A stretch of 64,000 nucleotides of DNA from Camelus dromedarius. Lineage: Eukaryota. Below are positions 24,990 through 37,248 of the stretch, one piece after another. The notes below the pieces were generated by a model. That model did no database searches and had not been told where the DNA came from. It worked only from the letters and a program-made list of their open reading frames with translations. Position 1 is the stretch's first letter. Each line of letters opens with the position of its first letter. The position numbers were made by a program, and so were the translations under genes. The stretch lies in contig NC_087436.1 of the NCBI RefSeq assembly GCF_036321535.1, positions 119,290,001 to 119,354,000 of the forward strand. The letters run 5' to 3'.

Positions 24990-26759
24990 CCTCTGTAATA
25001 AGCCATTTGCACTGACTGCTCACCCCGGGGTCTGCTGGGGGCCCCAAACCTTAATCCTGGTCTCCTCACTCCCCTCCATGTACCCCAATTCCAGTTGGCA
25101 CTACTCCCCCTTCTCTGAGAATACTGGCAGCTTCGCCTCCAACAGACATTGCGTTTTCCTGACCTTTCACCCTGAATTACCTCCTCCAAGTCTGCATCTC
25201 CTGACCAAGGCCTCGCCCATGCCCCTGGGAGTCTCTCTCTAATTAGGACAATTAAGGTAAAAGGCCAGGCAGAGAACTGAAGCAACACTTGGGATGGAGA
25301 AGAGGGCACAGCTCTGGTCCTGCCAGAGCTGGGTTCAAACCCCGCCTCTGCAGCCTGGGAGACTTGCTGGTGCTTTCAGAGCCTCAGTCTCCTCACCTGA
25401 CAGAGAGGGTGAGGGGCCTCCAGGGGTCGCTAAGCAGGTTAGAGAGTTGACAGTTGGGACGTGCCTGGCACACGGTAGGCTCTCAGGAAACAAGAGCTGT
25501 TGTCAGTGACCAGGTGGTTCTAGCCTTGGTCATTGCCATCTCTTTACAGGAAACAGTAACGATAAATGAGTAAGTACTTTGTTAACACCCTGAACTGCCA
25601 ATCTTACTGGGGGAGAAGAAGTTTGTTTGGGTGGCTTCCTGGATGCAAAGAACCAGCACCAGCTGATTTCTCCAAGCCTGGTGCAACTGACAATTATCCC
25701 AGACAGCGCCCACACTGCCAAGAAGGTGGCTGACGCGTTGGGGTAGCACGGGAGGAGGGGGCTCTTTGGAGGACCCACAAGCACCTTTGCTTCAAAAGTG
25801 GGCCCTGTGCCAGCCATGAGGGTAATTAGGCCAGATGGTCTTGAGGTAGAAATTCTATTCATCCCCAAAATGCTATAAATCAAGGCACAGATGGGGAGGG
25901 TGTCTGACTTACATCAATTCCCCCTTCAGGTAAGACTTCCATGGACCACGTGTGCTCTCTTTTCCATTTGACTGTGAAAATTAGTTAGATGACGGATTTT
26001 GATGTTTTTTAGCATTAAATTGATGTGCTGTCCCTGTGAATATTGTTAGATATCCTCTTGATCATGTCAACTAGACAGAATATAGTTTTTTTAGACTTTT
26101 TTTCAAAAGAGATGTATGAAATATGAGTTTCCACACGACTCCTGAATGGGTTTTATTGTTTTGTTTTTCAAAAGATGTCTTCGAGGAACATCTACTTCAC
26201 AGGAAAAACTGGGCACTTTTTGCAGCTGGATGGACTGTAGAGGCTTCTGATGCCTTTCTCCATCTTCCTCCCCAGGATAGCCAGGACTGACCCCCCCCCC
26301 CCTTGGTGGCTCATTTCCTGCTTCCAGGAATGCTCGGGACAAGCCAGGGACTCGGCAGCGGTGGGTCGTGTGAAGGTCCCCTGTGACTCTGTGAGCACAC
26401 TGCGCTCAGCACCGCGGATGGGAGCAGCCCAGGCACACGGAGAATGTGTGGCTGAGGGAGACCGGGCTTTGGAGCCAGAGTGTCTCGGTCCCAGCTCTGC
26501 CACTTCTTGGCCGTCGGACCTTGGGAAACGTCGCCATTTCTCTCTGCTTCCGTAAACGGGATGGCACCAGCACCCACCTCACAGGGCTGTGATACAAAGT
26601 CTGGAGACGTGCACGTGGTATGCAGAGGACACTCATTTTTACCCTGTTTATGAGGCCTCTGTGGCTCCTTTAGTAAACGGCAGGCAAATTAATTGATAAT
26701 AAAATAGCAGGACAGGGACACCATTTTGCAAATGAGGAATGAAGCTTAAAAAGAGACGA

Positions 26760-27240
26760 CCCATAGCAGCATAATTCACAACAGCCAAAATGCAGAAGTA
26801 ACCCTAGGGTCCATCGATGGATGAACGGATAAGCAAAGCAGACCCGTACAACGAATCCTATTCAGCCTTAGAAAGGAAGGAAGTTCTCATACCAGCTCCA
26901 ACGTGGACAGACCTTGAGGACATTATGCTAAGTGAAATCAGCCAGGCACAAAGGGATAAAGCCTGTGTGATTCTCCTTGTATGAGGTCCCTGGAGGAGTT
27001 AAACTCATAGAGACAGAAAGTACAATGGTGGTTGCCAAGGGCTCAGGGGAGATGGAATGGAAGTAACTGTTCAATGTGTAGTTTCAGCTTTGCAAGACAA
27101 AGACTGTGGAGATGGTGGTGGTGAAGTTTGCACATTATGAGTATATCTAATACCACCCAACTGGGTACCTAGAAATAGTTAAGATAGAATGTTTTATGCT
27201 ATGTGTATTTTACTACAATTAAATTTTTTTTTCAAAAAGT
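26760..27240 (+). mobile_element. LINE-1 (L1MA/MB-like) 3' end
   Basis: catagcagcataattcacaacagccaaaa...ccatcgatggatgaacggataag...gaggacattatgctaagtgaaatcagccaggcacaaa...gagacagaaagta. Confidence 0.85.
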
Positions 27241-28794
27241 AAGAGAAATGACCCAACTTGCCCGGGTCCCTCTGCTGGGAAGCATGAGAGGCAGGATTCA
27301 GACTCAGGAGAGAGTGACACCCCCCCCCCATCACAAACCTCCTTGCTGTATGTCTGTTCAATGGGTAAGATTTGGGGGGAAAGGGTGGCATCCAGAAAAG
27401 TTGCTGAGAACTTTACCAAGGTGATGTGGGAGAGAGGAACAATCAGTGGGCATGACGGAGAATGGGGCATCAGACAACTTCTGCTGTGTGAGCCTGGGCA
27501 CACCACTCACCCTCTCTGGGCTCCTGTATGAGGGTTAGGTCAGGAGGGCATCCAGGTCCTTCCAGCTCTAAGGTCCAGGCAGGGGTGAGATGGGATGCCC
27601 AGGGACATTCTGACAGTTCCAACAGGCCTGAGTGCCCTCCCCCTGCAAGGATCCTGGCTGGGCGCTGGAAATCACTTTTCCCTTGGGCCCCTTTCATGTA
27701 TCAAGCTCCGTTATGGGCCAGGTCCCTGCCCTGGGACTGAAGTCCTATAGGGGAAGACAGAAGGTAGACAAGTAAATAAACAGGAATAGAGCCTATGAAG
27801 AAAGAAACACAGATAATAGGGTAGGGTTTTTTTCAGTGGCAAAGCCAGCAGAGTTCCCAAGAAGGGAAGGCAATATTCTGGTTGGTGTCCCAGGAAGGCG
27901 TCCTGGAGGAGGTGGCATTTGGGCGGACCTTGAGCCTGGTTCCACAAGCCCTTACTGAGCACAGACTGTGCCTGCCGGCCAGAGGTGCTAGAGATAAAGG
28001 ACTCAGGGGGCCAGTCGTGTGGGGAAGACAGACATGCAAGCGCATCACCATATAGCTACAGGGCAGGAAAGAGGGGTTCAGGACAGGCAGGGCAGTTGGA
28101 TATTCCCGCCACTGAGTCTCCCAGTCTGAGCTGAAGGGGCCTTAGGGATCTGCCACCCAGTCCAACTTCCCCATGTGGGAAGCAGAGGCTGAGAAGCAAA
28201 ACCACCTGCCTTTGACTGGCGGCTTGCTCGGTGGCAGGTTCTATGCTGTGAGCTTTACCTGGCCGTCTTCTCACCTAAGGTTGCTTCTTTTTGGAAGATG
28301 CCAGCTTTCTGCTAAGGATACTTAAGCATTGTCATCAGACTGTGACATAATTACAACACATAAACACCAGTATAATGTCCATCTTAATAAGCATCCATTA
28401 TATCCATTTTCCCTGTAAACACCATAGCATCAAGAGCTGTTACTAACAATTCTGTCTCTTAGGAATGATCCAAAGCAGGCTGTAAATCTCTGGCATCCTC
28501 TAATCTTTATTTGTTCATTCAACAAATATTTATTTTGAGTGTCTGCTGTGTGTGAGGCCCTGTGCTGGGACTGAGGCCCTGTGCTGGGGCTGGGAGTACA
28601 GCAGGGCCCACAGTAGACAGAGGCCTGCCTGCCATCCTGAAATTCACAGTTAGACCAGAGAGAAGGGCCAGAGAGAAATAATAGAGCAAGGAAGCACATG
28701 ATGATTAGTGCTAAGAAGGGAAAACTAGGTACCGTAGCTGGAAGGACAAGGGGTTGTGCTATTTTGTGACCGTGGAAGATTTTTAGGGCCACAA

Positions 28795-29232
28795 TGTAGC
28801 AGGTTGAACACTGCTCTTAAAAGATACCCCCACCCAGAACCTGTGAACAGGACCACATTTGGGAAAGGGGTCTTTGCCGACATAATTAAGTTATGAATCT
28901 CGAGACGTGTTCATCCTGGATTATCCAGACAGGGCTTAAATCTAATGACAAGTGTCCTTAGGAGAAGAAAAGAGTACACTGACACACAGAGACAGCCATG
29001 TGAAGGCCCAGAGGCAGAGATTGGAGTGATGTGTGGCCACAAACCAATGAATATCTGGAACCATCAGGATCTGGAAGAGATAAGGGATTCTCTCTCAGAG
29101 CCCTCAGAAGGAGTGTAGCCTTGATGACACCTCGACTTTGGACTTCTGGAACTGTGAGAAAAATCAATTTCTGCTGTTTTAAGCCACCCAGTTTGTAGTC
29201 ATTTGTTATAGCAGTTGGAAGAAACTAATACA
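28795..29232 (+). mobile_element. Full-length solo MaLR LTR (MLT1B/C-like) inside L2
   Basis: TG...CA termini (tgtagcagg...ctaataca) with 5-bp TSD cacaa/cataa. Internal ggggtctttgccga, gaactgtgagaaaaatcaatttctgctgttttaagccacccagtttg. Confidence 0.88.
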
Positions 29233-30695
29233 CATAATTTCTGACTCAAGCTTGAAGGCAGTGAGGAAGTAATCATGCAGGTAGGTAGGAGAAAAGCATT
29301 AGAGTCGAGGAACAGCAAGTGCAAAGGCCCTGAGGTTAACTGGGCAGATGTGGGGAACAGCAAAAGCCAATATATCTACACAGAGGGGTGTGGGGGGAGG
29401 GATGTGAGAGCAGGTCAGAAGCAGCCTGGTGGGAAAAGGACTTTGATGTTTACTCTGCACGACATGGGAAATGGCTGGGGGCTTGGGGTAGGAGGACAAC
29501 AGGATCTAATGTGATTTATAATCAAACCACTCTGCTGGCTGTGATGAGACTAGACTGAAGGGTGGGGGGTGGCAGCCCACTTTGCATGACCCCCAAGTCA
29601 AACCCAATTCCAAAAGCATTGTCGAGCTCTCACGTTTTATTCAAGTTTGGTAGGAAAACGGGATGGAGGGGACAGTTACATGGCATAGCACCCAGCAAAT
29701 GCTACCCTCTTTCCCCTTTAAACATCTCAATCCCTTTCTGAATGCATTTCCCATAGAAACTCTGGGTTCTCTCTCTCCAGGCAAAGTCTCTTACAGCCAA
29801 ACAAAGCTTCCTATAAGCCACAGGAATGACTGCAGGTTTCCCGATGATCACTGTCAACGTTATCTGCTTGTGGTTCAAGCTTTGTGCCAGCGTGTTATAT
29901 GGATTATCTGTCTTCCTCCAAACTCACAACAACCTAGGAGGTGGAACTATTATCCTCATTCCTATTTACAGATAAGAAAGCTAAGGCTCAGAGAAGGGCA
30001 GTTAATGCAACCAACGAGTGGAGGAGCCAGTCCTCTGAATGTGGGCATTAATGTAAATTTCACTTCGACGGGACTGAGGCAGCAAAGTGTCACGTCCATG
30101 TGTATTTGCAGGTGCATGAACTGGCAAAGGCCTCCGTCAGCCACCTTTTCCACGGGGTTTTCACAGCGGCCTTGGAAGTGACCAAGTGCAGCCAGGAGAC
30201 TCAACAGTGGTCTGACACCTGGTATCAGGAATTTCTAGGCCTCTGGGATAGAGTCCAAAGTGACTGGGACTCTGGCTTCCAGACTCCAACTGTAACCACC
30301 ACCCTCCCTGCCTCCTCCTCAGGATGTGGTTTAATAAATGCACTCTTTAGCAAGCCTTCAGTCCCATAGTCCCATATTTGCAGGGTTGGAGGGGCCCTTG
30401 GAGCTCATCCTGTCCAGGCCATACCAAGTGCTGCAACAGCTCCTATGGAATCTTGGCTAAGTGATCAGATACTCCACTTACTACTTGTTTACCGCTCCTG
30501 AGAAGGTCAGTCCTGTCTAGGGACATTCATGACCCATGTTTAAAGGGGTCGGATCATTTGGAGGGAGAGAATGGGTTATGATGTTGGGTCCAGTCACCTG
30601 GGACAAGTCACTTCACCTCTCTGAGCCTCACTGTCCTCACCTGTAAAATGGGGGCTCGTGGGGTGGGGGTAAGGATGAAATGAAATAGTGTAGGT

Positions 30696-30777
30696 AGTGG
30701 GAAGGGTATAGCTTAGTGGTAGAGTACATACTTAGCATGCGTGAGGGCCTGGGTTCAATCCCCAGTACTGCCATTAA

Positions 30778-30808
<31 letters not shown>

Positions 30809-30816
30809 TTTTTAAA
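30696..30816 (+). mobile_element. Short Vic-1-like SINE (tRNA-Ala head plus (AAT)n tail) inserted in a MIR
   Basis: gggtatagcttagtggtagag...cttagcatgc...gggttcaatcccc. TSD gaaatagtgtaggt (30682-30695) / gaaatagtataggt (30817-30830). Confidence 0.9.
30778..30805 (+). repeat. (AAT)n microsatellite from the SINE tail
   Basis: About nine perfect AAT units. Confidence 0.9.
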
Positions 30817-31539
30817 GAAATAGTATAGGTGAAAGTTCTCAGCACACTACATGCACATAGTAGGTGCACAGTAAAAGCATCCATTGCTAACAGTCCAAAT
30901 ATGTACAACCTTCCTGGAGGCAATTCCGGGTATCGCAAGAGTTCTAAATGCTCATTCTCTGCACCAGGTGTGTATTATTAAGTCTCTCTTACAGCTGAGG
31001 AAACTGAGGCTTGTGGCCGCCCAAAATCAGACAGCTTCAGTCACAGTCTGGTTCTTGGCACTAAATAAACTTGCCGCTTCATGTGAGTCTGCGATATGGT
31101 CAGAAGTCAAGGGCAGAGTGTCACCAAGAGGACCTTTCTCTTACTCTCTCCCCCATAGGCTCTAGGAGAACACACACAGCACCGATGGCTTTGCGCGGGA
31201 GGAGGCAGGAGCCTCACAAGAGGACATCATTTGCCCAGGATCACCTCGCAAGCCAGACTCGGAAGTCTGGTGTCTTCTCCCCATGCACAGTCCTGAAAGG
31301 TGGCCTTGCCTTGGGGACATTTTTGAACTGAGGTTTGACCTGGCATCTGAGAGATCTGACACTCCCCAAACACCTCCAGGGCCAAGAACTAGTCTTCTTC
31401 ATCTTTAAAGTGACCAGAGCATGAAGAGTATCATATGTGCTCAATCCAAAAGAGCTGACCAGGTAAATGAATTAGCTCGTTCCACACTCACCATAGACTC
31501 ACAGTACCCATATGTATTGAAAATAAATCTCAACTTCTT

Positions 31540-32030
31540 GCCATATCCTACAAGGCTAAACTTGATCTGCATTCTGTACACGCGCGGGCACACACACACA
31601 TGCACCATCTCTCCAATGTCATCTGGAATCCTCCAGCCATGCCAAACTGCTTTCAGTGCACTGTGTCCTTTCCTGCCTCAGGACTTTTGTATGTGCTATT
31701 CCTCTTCCTGGAACACTCCCTTCAACCTCCCCTCCCATACTGATCACAAAGATCTTGGTCCTTTTTCATTCTCCAAGCCTCAAGCTGAATATCACTTCCT
31801 CAGAGAAGCCTTTTGCTGATGAAAGGCTAAGTAGATAGCTAAGTGGACCTCCTTGTTTGTTTCTTCTTACAGCATTTATCAGGTTAGTAACAATATATTT
31901 AGTAGTCAGTCTCCACCCTTAGATTGTAAGTTCCACGGAGCCATGCTCGCTTCGCTTACCAAAGCCTACCAAGAGTCTAGCACAGTGCCCGCCAGACCGT
32001 GCTTGGAAAATATTTGCTGAATAAATGGAC
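31540..32030 (-). mobile_element. LINE-2 3' fragment
   Basis: gctattcctcttcctggaac, atcacttcctcagagaagcc, tagattgtaagttccac, ctagcacagtgcc...atatttgctgaataaatg. Confidence 0.75.
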
Positions 32031-32255
32031 AGAAGGATGGAAGGGAAGAGAAATAGATTTGGGGTTGACAGGGACCTGTTTTTGTTTCCTGGTCCTGAAT
32101 CTGCGAACCAGCTGAACTGTAACCTTGTGAGAATTACTTCAATTCTCTAAGCCTCAGTTTCCCCATCTGTAATACAAAGATAATAATAGTCCCTCCCTCC
32201 TTGCGAGGATTAAATGAGCTAATGTGTGTGATATGCAGGGCCAAGAACACAGACG

Positions 32256-32605
32256 TGGTTATGGGTTGGGCTGTGTCCCCCACCCCTCCATGAGATATGT
32301 TGAAATCCTAATCCCCAGCACCTCGGTACCCTTATTTGGAAATGGAGTCTTTGAAGATGTAATTAGCTGAGATGAAGTCGTACTGGAGTAGGATGGGCTC
32401 CTGACCCAATGTGACTGGAGTCCTTATAGGAAGGGAAAGAGACAGGGAGAAGATGCTCACATGACAACCACAGCAGAGGCTGCAGCGACGCCGCTATAAG
32501 CCCTGGGACGCCAAGGATGGCGGGAGAGCAACAGAAGCCAGAAGAGGCTGGAAGGGATCCTTCCCTAGAGCCTTCAGCCGGAGCACTCCCTGCTTCTGCT
32601 TCCAT
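32256..32605 (+). mobile_element. Partial MaLR LTR (MLT1B/C-like)
   Basis: gatatgttgaaatcctaatcccca...ccttatttggaaat...gatgtaattag...agaagccagaagaggc...ccttccctagagccttcag. Confidence 0.8.
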
Positions 32606-34787
32606 TTTTATGAGACACCGAACTACTCTTGTACTTTTTTTATAACATTGCTAAGAAATGGATGCAGTAGGCACTGAACAAATGTCCGGTCCATGTGTCT
32701 TTTTTTTTTTTTAATCTATCATGTTCCGTCATGTACACGTAGTCCCCAGGAGACAGCGTGGTCCCCAAAGTGTCTGTGTCTGATCCACGGAGCGCAGAGC
32801 AGGCCCGTGAGCGCTGGAAGTGTGACGTCGTAAGGACCCTGTGCACTTAGTGGTTGGAAGACAAGGGCTGATTTCCTGTCATCCTTGCCTGGCTGGGAAC
32901 TGGCCCACACTGTGTGTTGAGAAGAAAGGTGCAGAACTGGTCTGGCCCAAGACGTAGAGGTAAATGGAGAGGATCTGGGTCTGCCCAGGCTTCCTGATGG
33001 TGGGACCTGCTTCTCTGAATAGCGTTCCCTCCTAAGCCTTCCCAGCTGCTTCTCCTGGTACCACAGGGAGCTGGGGGGCCTGTTTGATGGAGAAGAGTGG
33101 GTGACAAAACCCTCCAGCTGACCTGCTCCAGGCTTTTAATTAGCACCTGGATGGAACATCCTTTCCTACGGAAGGCCTGGCTGCTGACAAGCTGCTGGTA
33201 GGCTATGCTCACGGTTTAATACTTTGATTAAAAATCACTTCCAAGCCCTTTGCATGCCGGTCACCCAGATGCAGGGTCCTCCTGGGTAAGGGAGAGCAAA
33301 CTGCACAGAGGAAGCCTCTGTTATTAATAATGACAAACCATCAGGGCTGAGGCCGGGAGGTCGGGAGGGCATGTGGTCAGCGCCCAGCCTTCAGGCTCCT
33401 GTAGAGGGACATTGGCCTTCGGGAAGGAAAACCCAGACTCAGAAGGTGGGAGGATTCCCCAAGTGTAGAAAGGGGCTTCATATCCTGGGTAGCCCAGTCA
33501 AGAGATTGGCATTTGCTCCTGGATGGTGCTCTGTTTGTTTCTGTTTTAGAGGTTTGGAAGTCAGCTCAGAGAGAGAAATAACTTGTTCAAGGTTGCACAG
33601 CTGCCAGGCGGCAGCACTGGACTCACACCCTGGTCTGTCTGACCCCAGAGCCTGATTGCAAGGACATTTCTGGAGCAAATTTCACAGGGCAGTGGTGAGA
33701 GCTGCAGCTCAGCAGCTGGGGTGAGGGCGAGGCCATAGAACAGCACACGGTCCCGGGAAGGGGGCACCGATTATGTGGGGAAGGCAGCTGTGGATGCACT
33801 GTGGTGGGGGCACCCCTGGCAAGGTGGACAAGTGCAGGCGAGTCTGGGGTCTCGGAGGACAGTCAGGGTGAGGAGAGGGACATATTACGTGTCCTTTCAT
33901 CCCCCTGTTAGTTCAAGCTGTGGAGTGGATGAAACTGACCCAGGAGCATGCTGAGTTATGGGGTGAAGCAGTAGAGTGAGGGGCATGGAGGAAGATGGGG
34001 AACAGCTGGGGCAGGCTAGGAGCCGGGTAGAAAGGCAGCAGTGCTCACTGAGGGTTTACTGTGCACTCGGCACTATTCTGATCCTCTCCCTGGTTTCATG
34101 TGTCTCCCCAACAAGAACCCTCTCAGGGAGGTACTATTATTATGACACCATTTTACAAAGGAGCAAACTGAGAGGCTAAACAGCTTACCCATGTCAGCAA
34201 GCTAACCAGTGGTCGAGCCCGGCTTCAACCCAGTGGTCAAGCCAGTGTACTTAACCACCATGCTACCCCACCTCTAGACTGGCCGATGCTGCCTCACTGT
34301 TGCGTTCTCTGTGGATGGGGGTGGAGGGGTAGGAATGAGCACAAAGTAAGCAGCCACTGGAACAAATTTGGAAGCATAACAGCAAGACTTGACATTTATA
34401 CGGTATCTTAGAGGCTGCAGAGGATGCCGCACCTCTGCTTTTGTTTGGCCTTGAATACAACCAACAGCCAAGCGGGGGGGGGGGGGCATTATCCCTCCAT
34501 CTTTTCATGGAAATGGAGGCCCTGCCAGGGTGAGCGAGCTCCTCTGGTCATACTGTTAGGCTGTGTCAGGGGCTTGACCTCAACTCTTCAGATTCTGGAA
34601 GGGAATCTGCCACCAGGGGTGGTGGGTGCAGGGCTGCTGAGAGGAGGGGCTGTAGGCCCAGTCAGCCTCCTTGACTGACCACCTTGAGCTGAGATGAACA
34701 TTAGAATCTTAAATGAGGGGACTGGTCCCCAGAGGAGGCAATGGGGAGCTTCTCTGGTAGGGGATCATTCATTTAAAAGCTGATTCA

Positions 34788-35030
34788 GGGTTACCGGGGA
34801 GAAAGAAGGGATGGAGGATAAACTGACAGTTTGGGATTTGCAGATATTAACTACTATATACAAAATAGATAAACAAGTTTCTACTGTACAGCACAGGGAA
34901 CTACATTCAATAACTTGTAATAACCTATATTGAAAAAGAATATGAAAAGGGCTATATATATCTGAAACACTATGCTGTATACCAGAATTTAACACGGCAT
35001 TGAAAATCAACTATACTTCAATTTTAAAAA
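34788..35030 (+). mobile_element. 5'-truncated young LINE-1 3' end with TSD
   Basis: Same 3'UTR family as 2572-2869. TSD aaaagctgattca (34775-34787) / aaaagctaattga (35029-35041). Confidence 0.88.
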
Positions 35031-36869
35031 AAGCTAATTGAAGATGGACTCTCAAGACATAGTCGGCGCATTGTAAAGGGCAGGGCTGCAGTCAAATCCC
35101 AGTGCTTGCCATGAAGTAGCAGCGGGGCCTGGGACAAGCCACCTAAACAGCCTCTCCAGAGCACTCAGGGTCTCCAGCTGCAATTGGGGGTAATCTCCCC
35201 ACGGCTGGCTCCTGTGGGGATCAGAATGGTGTGAGGAAAGCACCTGGCCCGCAGCTGGGGGTCAGTGAACGGGCTGGTATTGGCAGCGTGGTACACAGCT
35301 CAGGTTTGTACACATCCTTTTATTTTTAAAAACCAGGCTTTATTTTCTAGAGCAGTTAAAGTTTACAGCAAAACTGAGCAGAAAGGACAGAGATTTCCCA
35401 TATACTTCCTGCCCCCCACACATAGCTTCCACCTTTTATCAAAAGGTAACTTCATTTGAAATTTTGTTTCCAAAGTTCACAGAAAAAAAAAAAAAAAAAG
35501 AACAGGAGGAGACTTTTAAAACCTTCTTAAGTCCCTTGCTGTGCAGAAGGGGAAACCGGGGCCCAGAGAGGGAGATTGCATACCCAAGGTCACAGAGCCA
35601 GGGAAGCCTGGCCCCTAATTTCTGTCAGTCAATGTGGGCTGCACAGCATCACACTCATCCTGCTGTTCAAAACGCATGCTCGGGGTTACAAATCTACCGC
35701 CCCAGCTGGCATCCGCCTGAATCCTTGCTGGCATCTAGAACACCCAGGTCAGAGGGCACTGAGGGTTGTCATTTTCCCCCTCTCACTGTCTCGTCCTTGT
35801 ACAGGCGTTAAAGAGCCGAGGTAGGTGGTTCTGAGCTTGGAGACATCAGTGATCATGGACGTACACAGAGGCCAAGATGGTTTCTATTAGAAAATCCTGA
35901 AGTGGGATTCCTCCATTTCCACAGCATTTGTGCTCTAATGCCAGAGTTCCCTGGACCCCTTTGCATTCCCTGGGTCTCAGCCCACAAGAGCAAGGAAGCT
36001 ACTATAATCCCGGTTTTGACTTGGCTAATTACTACCCATGAGATTAAAGGACAGTCAAGGCAAGGTGGTTCACTAAAGAGTAAGGGTTCATGCTTGAGAT
36101 CCCCGTTACCAACTGCTCCCATGAACACAGGGTTGTTTTCTCTCTGTATATCCACTAGACTATGTTACAGATGATCTTCCAGTCATTCATCTACAAACTG
36201 GCAGGCTCTGTGGTGGAACACTACGGACAAGATGCCTGCTTTTCCGGAATGCAGGTCTTAGGTGGAGGGAAGACTGAGCTTATAGAGTGAAAAAACATAC
36301 ATCCAAGAGAACTTCAGATACTGATAAGAGCTGCGGATAAAAGCAAAACAGAAAAGCAGAATGGTGGTGGCATCATGGGAAGGCTGGCTACTCTAAATTG
36401 GGGATCATAGGAGGTGTCTCTAAGCAGGTAACATTGTAGTTGAGCCCTGAGCAAGGAGAAGCCAGCTATGCAAGGGTCTGGGGAGAGAGGGATCTGTGAG
36501 GAGGAATCAGCAAGTACAGAGGCCCTGAGGCTGGAGTCAGCCAAGCCTCCTAGGACTTTGATTAAAACAAATAATAAGGCAAGGGGGCTATTTTGTTAAG
36601 GAAACACAATAACCAAAATACTTTCATTCTTTAATCTGTAATCTCCCCCCACCACCTTGAAATCCTACCAATCCTAGTTAATTCCTATTCAGTTTAAATA
36701 TCTCTTCCACCAAGAAGCCTTCCAGTTCCACTAGTTTGTGATTTATAAAAACTGTTCTGTAGCAAAATGAGAAAAATAAGATCAGTAAACAATGTGTGTG
36801 TGGGGGGGGCTATAAAGTTGCCAACTGTGTTTCCTCTATTCTGAGAATATCTGAGCTATATTATTTCTA

Positions 36870-37248
36870 TAGTCATCCCTTAGATCAGCCAGGGATTGGT
36901 TCCAGGACCCTCTCAGATACCAAAATTGGAGGATGCCCAAGTCCCTTATATAATATGACAGAGTATTTGCATATACCCTGTGTACATCTCCATCCTCCAT
37001 ACTTTAAATTATTTCTAGATTACTTACAACACCTAATACAATGTAAATGCAATGTAAATAGTAATAAATACAATGTAAATGTTATATAAATAGTCATGGG
37101 TACAATGTAAATAGTTGCAGCAAATTCAAATTTTGCTTCTTGGAACTTTCTGGAATTTTTTTTTTTAGAATTTTTTTTCTCAAATATTTTTGATCCATGG
37201 TTGGTTGAATCCATGGATTCAGAACCCATGGATACAGAGGACCGACTG
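36870..37248. mobile_element. MER2-like Tigger (Tc1/mariner-pogo) MITE
   Basis: TA on both sides and degenerate TIRs tagtcatccct / gaggaccgactg. Internal gggattggttccaggaccc, gtatttgcatata, ttggttgaatccatggat. Confidence 0.85.

Noticed and set aside
30696..30775. Apparent tRNA-Ala(AGC) genes (also at 1222, ~10500 and ~13370)
   Set aside because: Imperfect stems, A-rich tails and TSDs show they are SINE retrocopies, not tRNA genes.
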